A DNA stretch of 64,000 nt from Takakia lepidozioides. Taxonomy: Eukaryota > Plantae > Bryophyta. Below the pieces are notes generated by a model that was given only the letters and a program-made list of their open reading frames with translations, had not been told where the DNA came from and did not search any database. Below, in pieces: positions 63,801 to 64,000 of the stretch (positions are counted from its first letter, which is position 1; every line of letters begins with the position of its first letter). The translations under genes were made by a program, and so were the position numbers. The stretch covers positions 35,650,001-35,714,000 of the forward strand of contig CM060734.1 in assembly GCA_030704615.1 (NCBI GenBank), in the 5' to 3' direction.

Positions 63801-64000
63801 ATATATTAATATAATTATACATTTAATAGTCTAAAATATGGACAAGAGATAAAAATGTAATATTAACACTTCATTAGCTATTACTAACATTATCATCTTT
63901 AATTATATATATATACACTATCCTAATATATTAGTAACTCAAAAATTGTGTAAACCATTGAATTTATTTTCATGGTTTTATCATAAATAATAATTAGGAG

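Overview
Nuclear DNA of a seed-free land plant (inferred from spliceosomal introns, nuclear psb28 with a transit peptide, an NTRC remnant and several PLS/DYW PPR relics). Apparently intact host genes: psb28, a 4-exon CYP71-clan cytochrome P450, a 2-exon orphan, a MAGL/CSE-like alpha/beta-hydrolase and a probable coiled-coil/RING gene. The rest is largely transposon debris and gene fragments. Two highlights. (1) A decayed ~10 kb Ty3/Gypsy element (40341-50666) whose pol carries a DNMT3-like C5 cytosine methyltransferase between protease and RT, plus a PHD finger on the integrase and non-canonical AGTAAC...GTTACT LTR ends. (2) A RING-finger gene model whose first exon, missed by the ORF track, encodes a histone H3 tail look-alike with Met at the K9 position (MGRTTQIARMSTGGPVGRK, 53442-53522). 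Also present: a chromovirus 3' end with a nested same-family solo LTR, a head-to-tail Helitron-like array, a USP9X/24-like fragment running into a second, dead RING paralog, a CRE-like non-LTR element, and a 145-bp fold-back satellite. All protein-family calls are by motif recognition; no searches were run.
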